Assembly: GCA_037447605.1 (NCBI GenBank)
Contig: CM074806.1
Location: forward strand, 3,968,001-4,032,000
Direction of reading: 5' to 3'
Origin: Zygnema circumcarinatum SAG 698-1b
Taxonomy: Eukaryota > Plantae > Zygnematophyceae
Length of the DNA stretch: 64,000 nt
The notes under the pieces are model-generated. The model did not search any database. It saw only the letters and a program-made list of their open reading frames with translations, and was not told the DNA's origin. Shown piece by piece: positions 23,768 through 36,688 of the stretch; within the stretch, counting starts at the first letter, position 1, and every line of letters begins with the position of its first letter. A program made the position numbers and the translations under genes.

Positions 23768-25770
23768 GGCCACGGCCCACTGCTCGCGCCTCGCTCCCCC
23801 TCCAAACAGGGTCTCCAGCTGGCTCACTATCCCAATGTCGGGCTCAGGAGCTCCTTCAGCTCCTGCCAGCCCAACTGTTTCTCCTGCAACCTCTATCCTG
23901 CTATACTTTTTCAATCCTAAACTGTGAACCTCAATTGGTATACCCTAATTTCTCTCTCGAAATCGAGCTCGTCCTTGGTTCAGGCTAATCCAGCCTCCAA
24001 AAAAGGGTTCCTCTGTGCGAGACGACGGCGGAGAACGCTGATTAGGGCTGAGCGCTGGCAGCAAATTGTGGATGAGTACAATGAATGCTTCTTATAGGGT
24101 CGAGAACTGACGTGAAAAAACCAAGAAGACGAAAGTCTGCAGGAAAAAAGCAGAACGCTACAGGCTTCCTAAGAAAGAAAGGTTTGCATAGTTTATTTGC
24201 ACAAGCATCCAATTTGCCTCCTCTTTCCAAGTCTCGTTCACTTAGCTTTATTTCTAGCGAGCGAGGAAGTTGGAAACGTCATTGTATCTTTCTATTGCTG
24301 CTATTGCTGGTCGAGCAGGAGAGAGGAAGGTCGCAAGAGCATTACCAACAAAGAAAAAATGTTGAGAAGGTCTCACCTAGCTTAAGTTGGAGCTCCCTTC
24401 ACTTTGACAAACTTCAAACACTCCAAAAAATGAAGGCATCCGCCACTGCTATGGTGTACGCCTCAAGATGCCACACACTGCCTCTTCCTCTACAACAGAA
24501 AAGTGTACAACCAGACATGGTTCGAGCGAAAGCTCAGAGGAGTACATGACAGAGGTCAGGCAGGTGCGAGGAAAGAGATGGAGGCGATGGACATGGCTTC
24601 TGGAAGACATACTGCAGCCTGCCTGCCTGCCTGGATGAGGGGGCTGCCCGCCATGGCCGGAGCCGCTCGCTGGACATGAAAGGCCATGGCATGGCATGGC
24701 ATGCCACTTGATGGAGAAAAAAAGCGCACGTCAATCACTATTCCAGATAACAGAAAACGTACATAAAGTACATTACCGTATAGTACGGTACCGTACAATA
24801 TGTACGAATACCTGTGCAGTAACAAGCGTCGGTCATCCTACGGCCGTACACAAACCTCGACGGCAGTTGGAAGGCGCGCCCAATTGAAGGCGCAACTTGC
24901 AACCGACAGACGACTGTACGGACGAAACCGTCGACAAACAATTGTTTCTGCCCTACCGTTCCGGGCAGCCAAACAATAGTGTGGTCCGCTTGCACAAAAT
25001 TCGCTGGTTCAACGAACCTGCCCCCACTGGCGCCCTGCCACGTGTTCACCGACTGACCGAAAACATTCAAACGTGCCTACGTGGTGACGTCCCACTGGAC
25101 CAAAAAAGTCGGTTTGTCGGTAGCTTCTGAGGCGGTGTGGCGCCATTGTACCAGAGTTGAACTGTACGACTGGAGTTCCATGAACAATTTGAGGACAGTT
25201 ACAGTAAAAAAATTCAACATGTAAATGGATAAAAGCCCATAGTGGCGAACAGGAGAGCGTCACATGACATGTAGAAAGCGGAGTTCCATACATTCCCAGT
25301 TCAGTGTACGTTTTATAGTTTACAGGATGTCATAAACGGAGCTATCGCTCAAAATAACAAAACCTTCAAGGCCTGTAATTGTGGGACACTTTTGGCGACA
25401 GAAGTCGTCCAAAGGCCCTTAGAGCAGACCTAGATTACAGAACGTGGATGGGTTGCGGATTTCATCTGACAAACAGGGCAAGTTTGCGAAGGGTCCTGCC
25501 GATTTCTATGTCCGCCACTGCTTCGATATCTTCTCCCCTTCCCTCTCCCACGACTTCGGCGTTTCCCTTCGACACAAAATTAAGGCACGAATTCAAAAAT
25601 TTGGTGAACAAAGGGGTGGGAGGACGTCACGTCACATCACGTGCATTCGCATTGGTGAAGACAATAAAGAAGATGCGATTCGCATGTCTTCCCTTTACCA
25701 TTTCCCCTGTCCCCTTCCCTACACTGCCTCCCCCCCCTTTCCATGGCTTCCACTGCCACCATGCCGCACA

Positions 25771-28567
25771 TTACGGCTCCAGCCATGGGAACACCGCCGG
25801 TGATGTTGGCAGCCGGGCAGTCAACACTTCACATCCGTCTTCTGTCACCTGCAGTGCACAAACCATGGAAGTCTCCCTTTAATGTCACCATACAGTCGTT
25901 TTCTCGAACAAAAAAACACATTAAAAGGGATTGTAATCACGTCTTTGCAGACTGATCATTCAAATTCCTCCCACTTTCTTAAAAAAGTAGCGATCACAAG
26001 CATGGAGCTGCCTCCCACCACCAGCGTGTGTTCAAACTGAGCACTTCGTTGCCCGTCAGCAGTAACGGCAGTCCAACCGTCAGGCCACATGCGGTCCCTC
26101 CACACTCCTGCCATTCAAAAAGGAAAACACAATCTACTTCAGCCCCTCCCACTTCTCTCTCCTTCTCCTCCCCCCTCCCCTCCTTCCCACTCTCGCGCAG
26201 CCTGTCCCTTTCTTCCCTTCTCCCTCACCTGTCTGCTGAAATAAGGAGGGCCACAAACTTTGGATTAGCAAACAGTACCTGCATTAATCATCGGCTCAAT
26301 GGTAAACGTCTGTCCGGCCTTCATCACTCCCACTGCTTTATTTCCTGCAAGACTCAAACGCACCCCCCTGCCCTCCAAAATGACACACAAAAAAAAAGGG
26401 TGCCAATACCCACGATCAAGAAAAAGCCTGCGTCCCACCCATGCGCCATTTCTCTGCTCTTCCATTCCTTCATTTCTGAGATTGTGATTTCCTGCTGAAG
26501 CAAAAAGCCGATAGCCCAAAGGGTCTGATCACTCCCAAAAAATAACCATCAAACAACTCCAAACTAGTTTTGCCAAACTTAAGTACTCTAATCCCCCAGG
26601 GAATGGTTTGATTCCTACGAGCATAGTGGGGAATGTTAGGGGCACAATGGAAAAGTTCGCCAATTCCGTGACCACAGTATGACTTCACCTGCAAAATGCC
26701 TCCCTTCCAGCGCTCAGAGCTTGACAGCAAACTGATCAGAATTCAACTTCGTACAGGATGTTTAGGATGCATGATAATGAATCGATTATTTAGTACAATT
26801 GACCCGAAACTTTCTTTCACATGTTAAATTTCCTGCCGGTACGGCGGGACTACTGACCACAGAGAGACCGGCAAGTGCTGCATGGCGACTGATGACTTCA
26901 CCGACTTCACGAAAACGAACTCCGGGCTTTACTGCAGACAACCGATTAACAGGATCAACGGAGACGATCTTTAAGTTCAAGAGGAGCTTGGGGTTACCGG
27001 AATTTATGGTCTTGAATTTTGTGAAAGTTTTGGTTGCTGAGACCATGCTTTATTTTGTAGCAACCCTATTCACTACAAGAAATGCCCGCTCCTAGGATGC
27101 TCCTTTGGATGATACTAGAACACCCTTACGGTGAGATTGAGCAGTTCTTGCTCACGTTTGTGCGCCAAGATCATACTGTCAGAGACTTCAGATATCTCCA
27201 GAATTCAGATATTTAGAAATTTACAGGAAATTTTCATGGAGCTCTCTTCCCAATACCTTCAAAGAACAACGCTACCTAACACTATGTAGGCCAAATCTAA
27301 CATAAAGGGATCGCGTGTTTTACTTATTCTGCAGGTTGTCTGATATTGCACTTACTTTTAAGTCGGTTATAGAATCCGTGCCAAAGTCCACGTACCAATA
27401 GCAATGGCCTTCTCCAAACATTCCAACGATGTTTTCACCAGGTGCTGAGAACCTTCGTTTGCTTTTCCCACAATGTAAGTCTCATTCAAATCTCCTGCAA
27501 ACCCAGTTGACAACCTAGTCCATTGGAGTTAAGCACATATCAAAGTAGAGAAGACGAGTTTGACCAAACAGAGTAAAGGAGAGAGAGGTTACCATGACAA
27601 CCATTGAGGTACACTGTTACGTCCACATTTACAATATCTCCATCCTCCAGTAATCTGCATTTCCGTCTCCCAATTCAGTTGCTTGCGCCTTTCATGCTTA
27701 TCAGCTAATAACCAACTCAGGAACAGAGGTTAAGAAGTGGGTGGGGGGCAAGCCGGAGAGAGGGAGTGAGGGGGAGAAGAGGAAAGAAACTGAGGGAGGG
27801 GAGGAAGAATGGATGGAGAACCGGATAAGGCATGGGTAGAGAGACGGAAAGGGGGAGAGAGAGAGCGAGTGCAGAGGTCGGACGGCAAGTCCTTGACGAG
27901 GATGAAAAGAGAGAGAAAAGAAGGTGGGGGAGGAAAGAGTCAGAAGGAAGAGAGAGAGAGAAGGAGAAAGAGTTCGAGAGGGCGAAAGTGAAAGAAGTAC
28001 GAGTGGAGGCGTGCTGAGAACAGGAAAGGAAAACCAAGCCATGCGGGGCCGGAGAAGGAGGGGCAGAAAGAAAGGGATAAAGGAAAGGGTAAAGGGAGAA
28101 AAGGGTAAAGTCAAGAGAAAAGAGGCGAGCTTTTACCGTGCATCAGGGATACCGTGACAGATGACTTCATTTAGAGACCTGCGAATGCCCTCATTGTCAA
28201 TACTTCTTCTTATAAACTCTCAAATTAAAAAAGAGTCTGCAGAGAGGGACTAGGAGGCTGCAGGCTGAAGGCGGGAGAGTGCCCTACGTGCAACATGACT
28301 TTGGAAAAAAATAGTAATTTAGGGGTGAAGGGTATCCTCCTGCAAAAAGAAGAATAAGTGCCCTTCCCGCTGTCAGAAAAATCATCTGTACAAACACAAC
28401 TTTTCCGGCCTCAAAATGAATGATGCAGTGAAGGTTTCCTCTCCACCTGCAGCTATGGTGGCCTCGTGAACTATTCTGTCGATCTCGTCGGTACTCACTC
28501 CCGGTCTGATGGCTCGTGCAGCCGTGTCGAGGACCTCTCTTGCAACCTGCCGCAAATTTGGGGGAAG

Positions 28568-28599
<32 letters not shown>

Positions 28600-31198
28600 A
28601 AACGAGAGAGGAACGACAAGGTTTCAGAGGGAGACACAAACCAATGGCCTGCATCGAATGAAAGCGAGCAGAAGAGAACCGAGCGAGGATGAAGCAGATG
28701 AGGCTACTCGCTTTGTTTGATCCGGTTATGAATTCATAAAGCCGTTATGCGTCCCATTTTTTCCCTTGTCCCGCCGTATAGAACCCTTGCTCGAAATAAA
28801 AAGCATGAACAGACATAATTTGGGGTTGAGTGAGAGAGGTCTTACTCGACAAGTTTTCCGTAGCCGCTCAATCTGCTCCGGCGTTTTGATCTGGCAAAAA
28901 TAGAAAATCAAATTTCAATTACTCATAAATTTGAATACTATCTTCACCCGTATTGAAAGTTTTTTGGCCCTCTAGCCTGCTCCTGCTTTGCTGAAGGTGC
29001 ATCCAGCTCAAGAACAGGAACAGGATTAATTCACTAACAAGAAAGAACAATATTATGCATTGAGTTTTTCTCCCCTTTCCTGCAGTCCCTCTCCCACTCT
29101 CTCTCCTCCTACCACCTGCCGCTGTCCATCTCCCCCACTTTCCTTCTTCTCCCCTTCCTCCCTCTTCCGCTCCTCCCCTCCGTCTCCCACTTCCTCTTCT
29201 CGTCATTCGCCGTAAGCTTACCTCTACACTGTTTTGCCACGGACTGCTCGGTTCCACCACAGGCCTTCCCTGCAGCCATCATCAGTCCATGAAAGGGCAC
29301 AATCAATCAAACTGCAGACACGTCATCGCAGTTAGTAACCCAGAACGTGGGCATTGCCTTGAGACTAAGGCGTACATATGCTGTAAATTGCTAAGGCTTT
29401 GGTTGAGGGAAAACGGCTTGAAACCATTCCACAAGAGATAAGTGAACGCACCGTTGATGCCCAGTCGGGTCTCTGAATGTGGAGAGGTACAGATCGCCGA
29501 GGACTAATTGGATAAGGTCTTAATTTCCTGGAAACCCACACTTGCACTACAAGTTACTACAGGAATTCTGCAACAAATAGCTTCAGCCAAATCAAGGATT
29601 CACCTCGAAGTTCGTTTCAGCAATTCTTAAAGGTTAGCTTGAGATGAAAAAACTCACGAGACTTGCTCCAACAACAGGCAGTGAAGAGAGAAGATACATC
29701 AAGCAGTTGTGAAAAGTTAAGTCAGATGCACGAAAATCCTAGCTCGAACAGGCAAGAAGAGGGTAACAGGACGTTACCCAGTCCAGTCAAAGCTGGGCAT
29801 TACATCGGTCCGGCTCTGTCCTTTCCTAAGGGGGAAAAGCCAACCCTGAGATAGTGCTACAGCTGCTGCATCATCCTGTGTGGGAATATCCACCACTGAA
29901 GGGGCTTTATGAACCCCTTTATGGCCACCCCAAGCAGCTTTGAAGCAGTCTTGAGAACTGCAGAGAACCCGGAAAGGCCATGTAATTGATTAGGCATCAG
30001 CAGATATTTACAAGACTTGAGCTAATTTCGAATCTGTTTCTGTTGCAGTCACTGCAAACACTCATACCTCAAGACTATTCTGCGTTAAGAGCAACTGTGA
30101 TAGCCCTGTGAAATAAAAGGTAGTTGATCAATGGCACTCCACAAGTAAATTTTCATAGTCCATATTAGCTCAGTTTCAGGAGGATGTGAACCGCTAGAGC
30201 ATGTGTTCCATGAAAAAAAAAAAACTATTTCTAATAGACGATGACAACGGGTCCAGATTTTGGTAAAAGTGAAGCACACTTCATGTCGAGGTCATAGATA
30301 TGCATAGTCAATTCGTAAAATTAGGACATAATCGATTTGCAATGTGAATAACAAGCAGAATGACACCAAATAGCAAGCAATTATGTTAGACAATGACCTA
30401 AAGTTGTAGACTTCGGTTGTTCAACACTAAAACAACTACTTTTCAATGACTTCTATCTATGGATAACAACGCCAAACCCTCAAGTCTTCAGCATTTATTT
30501 ATTTTCTACGTCAATTCGCTACATCGATGACCCCTATTGCCGTATGTATGGCTGCTTGTGGCCGCCTAAGCATCTGTAGATAAGTTCCTCCAGTTTAAAC
30601 ACGTCAACACCTAAACAAAAACCAAAAGTGCAAGCCAATATTCCGCTAAAGCTGCCACTTAGTGTCTAAAAGGCCTTTACAGTGCGTGAAATAAAAAATT
30701 CAGCTGACCGAAACCAGGAAGGAAACTAGAAATCAAGCTGCTTGCCATCTACAAACTGCAGAATTCTCCGCTTTCTCATTAGTCATAAGGTAAAAGTTGA
30801 CAACTGGCGATTCCAATATCCAAACGATGAGCTCTTATGGCTGTTAAGTTAGAGCAAGAAACGGGAAAAACGACGGAACAGAGTTCCACGCAATTCACAT
30901 ACCAAAAGGCAGCGTTGGCACGCGGCAGCTTGAGTTCCAGACACTTGGGACACCTGCACAGAAGACGAAATTCATGAGCAATTGAAAAAAATAAAAAAAA
31001 TTGCGGTTTGATGGCATCGCCAGATGTGATAGCCCTACAACGCCAACAATTCATCCAAAAGCGGTCGATTGCGAAGGGCCAGCCGTGGCGAGAGAGGGCA
31101 TTGCAAGCGAAGCAGAGCGCGAAAGCTTACTGAAGGCGGGCAGGCTTGCTGCAGCGCACGCATCCGAGGTCGTCTACCTCCGAGGCATTGTCTGCCAT
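25771..31198 (-). CDS. MAP1A: Cytosolic methionine aminopeptidase 1A, multi-exon
   Basis: N-terminal zinc finger ([22 protein letters not shown]), [83 protein letters not shown]. Confidence 0.97.
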
Positions 31199-33007
31199 GA
31201 GGAGAGGGAGAGCGAGAGAAAGAGAGAGAAGAACCCCGGAGGTCAAGGCGAGCTCAGCTCTGCAGGCAGAAGGCCCGCAAGTTTGCTGAGAAATATGGTA
31301 GCAATGGAGAAACTCTGCCTCCGGGAGGGGAGGGGGAGCTCCAACCCTAATACCGGTAAGCCCGGGCCTGAGGGAGGGAGGGGAGGGAGGGAGGGAAGGG
31401 ACAAGGGAGGGAGGATGGCTTGGTGCATGGCATGATGGCATGGTCCAAGCCATGCGGCCATGGCCCCCTGCTCTACCAAGTTCTCTGTGCAGTTGAACAG
31501 CCCGTTAAACAGGCATGTGTACTCTGACCAACGCGGGTTCGGTGCTAGTTTCAGTTCGTTGAACTGTGACGGCGTTCCCCATATATCTGGAAGTCGTATA
31601 TTCCGATATTCTCACAGTGCGACCGACCCTTAATGCGACAGATATTGTCGCCTTGCGACGGTTCATTCTCATATTGCGACAGGTTGTGGTCACACTATGG
31701 GCTCGGCGTGCTTTTTTCTCGGCTCCAGTGTCCTGCCATTTCTCCCTCCCAGTTTTCTAAAGTATGGGGGAGTGAGCTTCTGCACAGGCCTCATGCTGGA
31801 GAGGCTGAGATGAGCAGACGAGGGACGAGGGCGAAGAGAGCAGAAAGAGGGAAAGAATGCGAAACGTTTGAAGGAAAGAAGACAGGGAGCGGATCTCGGT
31901 CAAGTCTCAATACAGCTTCAGTCAATGACGCGCTTGGCTTAGGATTTCTTGATGCTTTTTTTTTATTTATTATGACCGGTATGGTAAAGCGGATCACCAT
32001 CGACGCCTGGGATTTCTCAACCTGTTGTAAAACGAGCCATCCTTGGAGACCTGTTCAGTGAGCTCGGGAAGAAAGAGAATTTTAGTAAGAGCCTGCCCGC
32101 TACCGCCATTCTCATTCCCTTTCCCAGTCAAGGCCAGCCATGTGTGAACTGCCTCAAGCTTTCTGACGATGTGTTTGGACTAGACCCTTCTTTTCACGTC
32201 GGATAAAGCCATCACTTAACTGTAGGTACCAGAAGCTTATGGCTTCCCTCACCACAAATGACGTTCCAGTTAAACATGAGGCGCAGGCAGGGTTTCAGTG
32301 CTTTGCAGTCGCCATGAAAAGGATCAGGCAAGGGTCAGGACAGCATGAGGGACTGATATCGGAGTGAATATTGCAGTCTGCGTTCAGGGGTTGATTCGCG
32401 AAAAACAAACACAAAAAAAACAGAGAAAAGAAGAGAAAAAAACAGAGAACAAACAACCGGAGAAACATAACAGAGACATAACAGAGTACGGATAAGCAAA
32501 GCAAGTAGCAAAGAAAGCATACCAATGTACAAGAATGCGTTGGGGAAAAACGGCTTCAAAGCGGTCTGTGGAAGTTTATGGTCAACGTGTACCATTTTAG
32601 TTTGAGGTTTTCAATCTCATTTTATGTACATCAGCGGACATTTCTGACTACTCCTGGCCATGCTTGACACCTACAAGAAGGAACACCTAGACCTAATATC
32701 TGCGCATGTATCCATAGAATTCGGAATTCCGACGACGTGTTACCCCCTACAACTTGAGAGATCCGTACTGTACAATGAATCTGAAAGCTATCTAGAACGA
32801 CTGAGTACTGATGAAAACTGAGTACATACGGATCCATTGCTCAGACGGGGTCAAAAAATCACACGCTCCTAATTTTAGAAACGCGAGAACTCGTACGCTC
32901 CCACGGCTGCCATACCAAACATGAAAAAGTTCCGAAAATGCTTCGGAGATGTTGGCTAAAAAAAAAAAAAAAAAAAAGGGGACACCATCAAGGAAGGAAA
33001 AAAGGAA

Positions 33008-34064
33008 TCACGCCTCTGGCTGCTTCCCCTTGTCTTCCACCGGCCCCTTCTTCTCCGTGTATATGAGCGTGTATATGACGAAGCCTCCCCACAGCAGGAT
33101 GGAGATGCCGATGAAGTTTCCGAGCAGCGTGTCCACTCCGCGCCGCGAGATGGTGCCCGCGTCCGTGAGGAAGGTGAGCTTCTCGAGGATGCCGAGGTTG
33201 GAGACGAGCAAGACCAGCATGAAGAGGTACAGCCCCGCGACTACGTGCACCGGCAGCCCCGTCTTCCGGTACTCCACAGGCGTTGAGGGCACCAGGAACA
33301 GCGCTAGACCCGCCACCCACTGCTCCCCCATCCCTCGCGTCAGCTTAGCTCCCCTTCCCATGGGCCCAGAGCATGGCATGGCATGGCATGGTGTAGATTG
33401 CCATGTGTGTGTACCTGGACGGCGAAGAAGACGACGGTGGCCATTCCGAGCCAGGCGTGGAGGCTGGTGAGGTGCGGGTCGCCGGTGTAGTCGTGGTAGA
33501 GCCACACGAACCAGATTCCGACCACAGCGAAGGCGAGCCCGATGCCGTTCATTATGGCGTGCGCGATCTTGCGGGTGAAGCGCGAGCCGGGGAACACGCG
33601 GTACGCCTGGATGGCTGCACCACGCAGAGGGAGGGAGGAGAGGAGAGGGTCAGAGAGCAAGGAATTGAGTGGGAGGGAGGGAGGCAATTGAGTACAATCG
33701 ACGCAAGCAGCAGAGGCGAAGGGCGCGGATGAAGAAGCGTACCTTCACCGAAGAGGAAGATGAATCCCACCAGCATGAGCAGCGGATGGAACTGCAACCC
33801 TCCCCCCCCACATGGCCCCTTCAGCACCCTTCACCCCGCAGGCAGGCCCAGGGGCCCATTAAGCTATGGAGCCATGGAGAGAGTGCCCATGGGCCATGGC
33901 GGGAGACGGAGGCTCACATTGTATATGCCCTGGTACGCGGCCACGTCCCAGCCGAGGCCTCCGCGTGGCCCGAAAGTCCACACGAGCATGAGAGTCACCA
34001 TCACCACCGCCAGAAGGTGGGTCGTCACCACCACCGCCAGAGGCACCCCTACAGAGTCCGCCAT
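33008..34064 (-). CDS. Ascorbate-dependent cytochrome b561 family protein, 4 exons
   Basis: HPLLMLVGFIFLFGE, KIAHAIMNGIG, SLHAWLG, LPVHVVAG and LGILEKLTFL carry the four conserved heme His and the SLHxW ascorbate motif. Confidence 0.94.
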
Positions 34065-34067
34065 GGC

Positions 34068-34136
34068 GAGAGGGAGAGGGAGAGGGAGAGGGAGAGGGAG
34101 AGGGAGAGGGAGAGGGAGAGGGAGAGGGAGAGGGCG
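34068..34136. repeat. (GAGAGG)n hexamer microsatellite abutting the cytochrome b561 start codon
   Basis: About 11 perfect units. The same repeat occurs at about 3724-3742, 60786-60815 and 63458-63512. Confidence 0.95.
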
Positions 34137-34567
34137 AGGCGAAGGTAGGGAGCGGAGATGAGAGGTAAAAGAGCGGGCGAGGAAAGGATGAGGAGCAGCT
34201 CGGAGGCGGAGGGGCCATATACGAGGAAAAGGAGCGCCGGCGGTCGAATGGCGGCCCGCCGCGTGGCGTGACCAACGGTTGAAACGTGGCAGGCACCGAC
34301 ATTCTCCCCCTCGCCGCGCGCGCATAATTGTGGACACGAATGTCGGCGCAAAAACCTGTCGTTCCCTGGCGGGCCGCTACGGACAACCCTTCTGGGGATA
34401 GGGGCACATCCACGCGCTAATTGCACGTGTAAGTTTCGTCGTTTTGGAAAGGCCAAGATTGCGCTGCTCGGGTCTGCTCGGGTCAAGACTTGGCACGGCT
34501 CGCGTCCGTACAGGCATGGTTTGGACCTGAATCGTTTCGTACCAGCCGGTACAGTAAGATACTGTTA

Positions 34568-34668
34568 CAGTAAGCACCCCTAATATTTTCCACCCTCGTA
34601 CTTGCGTTTCCCAAGAAATTTGCCCAGATTTTGCCGAAACCACTTTTAGTACGGTAAGTTTTAGTGTG
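34568..34668. mobile_element. Additional MITE left-end copy
   Basis: TA-CAGTAAGCACCCCTAATATTTTCCACCC..ATTTTGCCGAAACCACTTTT..GTACGGTAA is an inverted homolog of about 35250-35347 over ~100 bp. Confidence 0.6.
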
Positions 34669-34833
34669 TTAATATATTAGGGGTGTTAACCTAACCTGAC
34701 CTATTTTCCAGTACAAAATCTGTTAATCGAAACGGATTTCAAACATGGGCCACGCTATTACGCTGTACGGTAAATACGAGTTATAATCTCTAAATCATAC
34801 GGTATACGTACGGCACCAATAGGAGATCGTGTA

Positions 34834-35347
34834 CAGTAGGGGGTCCTCATATTTTCCACCCTGGTTCCGGGCAAAATGAGGCGAAAATATTAAATTTGCA
34901 TATATAAGGTTCGTGTTACGAATAGACGGGCGGTAATATGTTAGAGTTCATGTTGAGCCGTACGTATCGTACCGTACCATATCGTACTGTATAATTCATC
35001 ATCGTATCGTATCGTGACATATCGTGACGCATATACTGTCGTACATACTGTCGTCATCCAACCATCGGGGAGTTTCGTATCGTATTGACCGTATCGTATC
35101 GTATCGAAGTCAAGAAGACGGGGAGAAGAGCGAGCGCCTCTTACGGCGGCACGAGCGGGGAGATTAGGTGCGTTTTGCGTAAGCCCGTAACGGCTAGAAC
35201 AAATAGTACGGACAGTACGAATAGTACGGGTAGTACGGACAGTACGGCTAACACTAGTTACCGTACAAAAAAGTGGTTTCGGCAAAATTGGGGCGAAAAT
35301 ATTGAGGACGCACTCCTTGGGGTGGTAAATACGAGGACCCCCCACTG
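34834..35347. mobile_element. Tc1/mariner-like non-autonomous MITE, 514 bp
   Basis: Ends CAGTAGGGGGTCCTCATATTTTCCACCC and GGGTGGTAAATACGAGGACCCCCCACTG form a ~28-bp TIR with 3 mismatches. Both ends are flanked by TA and start with CAGT. No transposase ORF. Confidence 0.72.
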
Positions 35348-35804
35348 TATCTAAATGCACGACACGATACGATACGATATGTACGGACATACATGAACTC
35401 TAACATAATACCGCCCGCCTATTGGTAACACGGACCTTATAATTTGCAAATTCCAAGATTTTCGCCCAATGAGTAAATGATGAGTGAAGCCGATGAGGAA
35501 TCGTGCCCCGCCTTGTCGCCATGCGCGTCACGCACGTGCGAGCGCCTCACCGCCGCCTGCCGGACGCCGCGACCCGCCGCCGCGCAGAGCAGCGTTTCAG
35601 GGCTGGCACAGCTTTAGGGTTTCTCCTTCTCCCACCAACGACACTCACCTTGCAGCAACAACGTCCTCACGGACCTCATAAGCACCACGGGAGAGTGGTC
35701 AGCGAGGACGCGAAGTGACGACGGCGGAGTTGAGCAGCGGTGAGTCCTTGCCCTTGCACCTGCCCCTGCCTCCCTCGCCCTGGCCCATGCCTCCCTTGTC
35801 TCCC

Positions 35805-36410
35805 TTGCTGCTCTTTCTGCTGCTGCTGCTGCTGCTGCTGGTTTTTTTGCTGCTGCTTTTTTTGCTGCTGCTGCTGGTTCTTTTTTGCTGCTTCTTTTTC
35901 TGCTGCTGTTGCTATTGCTGTGCTGCTGCTGCTGCTTTTCTTGCTGCTACTTTTTTTGCTGCTGCTGCTATTTCTGTGCTGCTGCTGCTCGTGCTGCTGT
36001 TGTTCCTCCTGCTGCTGTTGCTGCTATTGCTGCTACTGCTATTGCTGCTGCTGCTATTGCTGCTGCTGCTCTTGCTGCTGGTGCTGGCTGCTGCTTCTGC
36101 TTCTGCTGTTGCTACTGCTACTACTTCTGCTGTTGCTACTTCTGCTGCTTCTTTTTCTGCTGCTGCTGCTACTACTGCTGTTGTTGTTGTTGTTGGTGCT
36201 GCTGTTGCTGCTTCTGCTTCTGTTGTTGCTCTTATTGCTTCTGTTTTTTTGCTGCTGCTTTTTCTACTACTGTTGCTCCTATTGCTTCTGCTTCTTTTTC
36301 TGCTGCTGTTGCTGTGCTGCTGCTCCTACTCCTGCTCCTCCTCCTGCTGCTGCTGTTGCTGTTGCTGCTGTTGCGGTTGCTGCTCGTGCTGCTCTTGTTG
36401 CTGCTGCTAC
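35805..36410. repeat. Degenerate (CTG/CTA/TTG)n trinucleotide tract in the mTERF 5'UTR intron
   Basis: About 600 bp of GCT/CTG-based cryptic repeat interrupted by T runs. Lies between donor gtgagt (35740) and acceptor gtgcag (37123). Confidence 0.95.
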
Positions 36411-36463
36411 AACATTCATTTTTTTTTTTGCTGCACAGCAGCATTCATTTTTTTTTTTGCTGC

Positions 36464-36535
36464 TGCATTTCGCATTCTGCATTCCGCATTCGGCATTCCG
36501 CATTCCGCATTCGGCATTCCGCATTCCGCATTCTG
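36464..36535. repeat. (GCATTCN)n heptamer tandem repeat, about 10 copies
   Basis: gcattccgcattcggcattccgcattcc.. is directly visible. Confidence 0.95.
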
Positions 36536-36688
36536 CCTCCCTTGCACCTGCTCCAGCCTCCCTTGCCTTTGCCCCTTGCTGTGTTGCCCTTGCCTCTGTC
36601 TTCCTTGCCTTTGCTTGTGCCCCTCTTTCCTTTGCTTATGGTTCTGTTGTGTGTATGATTGTATGTCATTCCTCCCTCTCCCTATTAA

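Noticed and set aside
31007-31022. TTTGATGGCATCGCCA, a partial match to the element core
   Set aside because: Only 16 nt, lacking the CCATGTACA and GTGAG parts and all upstream blocks, and antisense within MAP1A intron 1. Likely chance.
33552-34486. Multiple overlapping and antisense ORFs around cytochrome b561, and similar ones over the (GA)n tracts elsewhere
   Set aside because: Explained by high GC content, microsatellites and antisense shadows of real exons.
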